NCBI RefSeq assembly: GCF_001465295.1
Contig: NZ_CP011035.1
Span: 450,001 to 482,000 of the forward strand
DNA: 32,000 bases
Origin: Pseudoalteromonas translucida KMM 520
GTDB taxonomy: Bacteria; Pseudomonadota; Gammaproteobacteria; Enterobacterales; Alteromonadaceae
Direction of reading: 5' to 3'
The number at the start of each line of letters is the position of its first letter. Within the stretch, counting starts at the first letter, position 1. The notes under the pieces were generated by a model, which had not been told where the DNA came from, made no database searches, and saw only the letters and a list, made by a program, of their open reading frames with translations. The position numbers and the translations under genes were made by a program. Shown here one piece after another: positions 29,898 through 32,000 of this stretch.

Positions 29898-30404
29898 TTA
29901 ATTACCTGTTGCAGGGTGGAGGCCACCAACATCTGTTTCGGTGTTGGTAAATACTCGGCCGTTAATAGACAGTGGCTCTGCGTTAGCGGGTTGATTAAAT
30001 GCATCGGTTGCAAACTGAGCAAAGTCGACTTGCAACGCTTCAATAGTAATACTTACCGTTGCTGTTACTTGGTTGTTAACCCCATCAGACACACCAAACA
30101 TAAAGCTATCTGACCCTGTTTGTTCTTTGTTGGGCGTGTAGGTGTATGTGCCATCGGCATTTACAACTACGCTGCCGAGTGTGGGTTGGGTTGTTATGCT
30201 GTAGGTAAGTGTATCGCCATCGGCATCTGCTGCGTCAAGCATGTCGTTAATAGCCACCTCAGTTTGTGTGGTTACCATGGTATCGCTTGCTGTGGGAGCA
30301 ACATTAACCGCCACTGTTGGCTCGTTGTCATTATCGCTACCACAGCCGCTCATTGCTAAAACACTTACCAGCAAACATGCCTGTGTATATTTTAAATTAC
30401 GCAT
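29898..30404 (-). CDS. Lipoprotein with a cadherin/VCBS-type Ig-like domain
   Basis: Lipobox LAMSGC is present. The stretch DADGDTLTYSITTQPTLGSVVVNADGTYTYTPNKEQTGSDSFMFGVSDGVNN..ATVSITI is the classic bacterial cadherin-like/VCBS repeat pattern. Confidence 0.7.
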   Translation of the reverse strand: MRNLKYTQACLLVSVLAMSGCGSDNDNEPTVAVNVAPTASDTMVTTQTEVAINDMLDAADADGDTLTYSITTQPTLGSVVVNADGTYTYTPNKEQTGSDSFMFGVSDGVNNQVTATVSITIEALQVDFAQFATDAFNQPANAEPLSINGRVFTNTETDVGGLHPATGN

Positions 30405-30415
30405 TATTTTATTCC

Positions 30416-32000
30416 TTATTTAGAACCCGCAAGTGGGGTAGTAAGGTAGGGAAAGCTTGCATCCATCATAGCGGCATTTATTGGTGCGCCATCGGTAAAT
30501 TGCACAGTACCTACTTCAGCATCCTCTGGTTTACAAAGCCCTAAATTAGTGTCTACGCCTGCTACAGGGATAGGGTGACATAAACGACCCATAACAACTC
30601 TTAGTGCTATATCAACAACGTCATCACCTGGGCGACGGCCATTTGGAAATCCGGCTAAATCATTACCTGCTACCCCAAATGTAGATTGATCAGCTTGCGC
30701 TGTTGCTGCAATTTTAGTGTTTAAACGCAGCATTTCTGATGGCGTTACTGTTGCTTGCTGATTAACATCGGCAAAACCAGTTAAAAATGCGGTTATAAGG
30801 TCATTACGTGGAAAGTTTGTAGGTGCAAGCGTGGCAAAATTTGTCCCTAGGGTGGTATTAACTGCATCTTTAAATAAAATATTTAATAGTTCAGGCAGTG
30901 AAGGATGCGACACATAATCTAAAAATTGACCATCATCTTTAGGATGTGCAGTAGAGAAGGTGTCTTTATCTTTAATACCAATTACTAGCTCATTAACCAG
31001 TGGGTTACCTAAACGCGAAACTTGCGTTAATGCGCCGCCGTTAACTGCGTTATTTGCAAACTTAGCATTAGGGTTTAAAATACGTGCTTGCGGTAAGCTT
31101 GCTGTTGTCCACGAACCAATTACGCCATTACCTGAGCCAATCACACAGCTTTTAGGTATTTCGATTGCTATAGAGGTAATGTTTTTATCAGCTAAATCAT
31201 CGTTATCTGCCGACTGTGTAATGCCACCAGGAAAGCCTGAGCCATCACCTGCACCCGCAGCACTGTCACCTTCAACAGGTACGTAGTTTACTAAATCAAA
31301 GGTTTTGCCTAGGTTAACTACAAAAGAGTCTTTACGTTGGCCAACGAACACTTTAGCCATGCCATCACAGTTCGCAATAGCGACTTGATACATAAATTGG
31401 TCGGCATACATTTGGTAATCTTGCTTTGAGGTAAAGGTTTTATTACCTACATAATCAAGCGGTTTATTAAAAGTAGTTGAGCTAGTAGTGGTGTTACTAA
31501 GCTGTACGCTAGTGCCTGTTTTTTGCGGGCCGCTGATCATGTTTACAGTGTAAGATTCACTAAAGTTAGCTGCACTATCATTACCTGCCGTAATACCACC
31601 AACATTTTTTAGCGGCACAGATACAGTGCGCTGATTGCCCTCAGGGCCGACGGTTAATTGCACACCTTGATTATCATTAGGCAGCATACTTTTAAAGTTA
31701 AACGCAAAAGTAATATCTTCAATAGCATCACCATCGTTATCAATGTGAATGCTGTAAGTAGCATCAGGGTCCATGGCAAAGTAATTAGGGCCACCGTAGG
31801 CATCTTGCAATGGAATGTAATTAGCAATCAAGGTAACAAAGTCACCACGGCCTTGCTCATAACTATTAAAAACATAAAAATCGGTAGAGTCTAAGGTTGG
31901 AAAACGACTAATATTAGGCGCTTCTCTATGGCTTGATGCTTCACTTGATGCACTTGCAAAAGTAGCACATATAACAACTGCGAGTATTGATGGAGTAAAA
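30416..32000 (-). CDS. DUF4331-family secreted protein (start just beyond the window edge)
   Basis: The frame stays open upstream of the listed TTG to base 32000: ..FTPSILAVVICATFASASSEASSHREAPNISRFPTLDSTDFYVFNSYEQGRGDFVTLIANYIPLQDAYGGPNYF. This has a signal peptide plus the SSHREAP...D.TD.Y.F N-terminal signature that I associate with DUF4331. The DNDGDAIEDITF loop follows. Confidence 0.75.
   Translation of the reverse strand, partial: FTPSILAVVICATFASASSEASSHREAPNISRFPTLDSTDFYVFNSYEQGRGDFVTLIANYIPLQDAYGGPNYFAMDPDATYSIHIDNDGDAIEDITFAFNFKSMLPNDNQGVQLTVGPEGNQRTVSVPLKNVGGITAGNDSAANFSESYTVNMISGPQKTGTSVQLSNTTTSSTTFNKPLDYVGNKTFTSKQDYQMYADQFMYQVAIANCDGMAKVFVGQRKDSFVVNLGKTFDLVNYVPVEGDSAAGAGDGSGFPGGITQSADNDDLADKNITSIAIEIPKSCVIGSGNGVIGSWTTASLPQARILNPNAKFANNAVNGGALTQVSRLGNPLVNELVIGIKDKDTFSTAHPKDDGQFLDYVSHPSLPELLNILFKDAVNTTLGTNFATLAPTNFPRNDLITAFLTGFADVNQQATVTPSEMLRLNTKIAATAQADQSTFGVAGNDLAGFPNGRRPGDDVVDIALRVVMGRLCHPIPVAGVDTNLGLCKPEDAEVGTVQFTDGAPINAAMMDASFPYLTTPLAGSK

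Noticed and set aside
27942-31894. Plus-strand ORFs 27942..28241, 29039..29221, 29916..30544, 30960..31286 and 31658..31894
   Set aside because: All are antisense to the four-gene minus-strand operon, whose frames carry signal peptides and family motifs. The plus-strand products are Cys/Ile-rich or otherwise low-complexity.

Overview
This looks like chromosomal DNA from an AT-rich marine gammaproteobacterium; the Alteromonadales-like taxon is inferred only from composition and from protein similarity to enterobacterial and Vibrio orthologues. The backbone is ordinary housekeeping and stress genes, in this order:
- ppc (3' part), cdd, udp
- an arginase-family ureohydrolase next to the polyamine-exporter homologue paeA/ytfL
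- a VOC/cupin/ndh block and a LysR/SMR divergent pair
- a frmA-frmB-gshA thiol/formaldehyde cluster
- bestrophin (yneE-like) and YqhA-like membrane proteins
- a secreted serine hydrolase and a complete RND tripartite efflux operon with a TetR gene

Three things stand out.
1. A co-directional, export-signal-bearing four-gene operon runs to the right window edge (27.7-32.0 kb): DUF4331, an Ig/cadherin-like lipoprotein, a TPR protein and a HupE/UreJ-like permease. No experimentally defined function is known to me. It is my best candidate for an undescribed system, possibly envelope metal handling.
2. There is an unusual density of precise gene lesions:
- gshA is split by a 7-bp tandem duplication.
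- An SMR gene has an in-frame amber at codon 5.
- The LysR gene lacks a canonical start codon.
- Only a 78-codon uvrB 5' stub is present.
- A hypothetical gene is broken by two frameshifts.
3. A scar zone holds REP-like elements, with a ~95-bp repeat present twice 12.8 kb apart. It also holds an orphan hairpin pair shaped like group II intron domains V and VI.

No rRNA, tRNA or CRISPR arrays were seen, and no integrase, transposase or recognisable defence genes.
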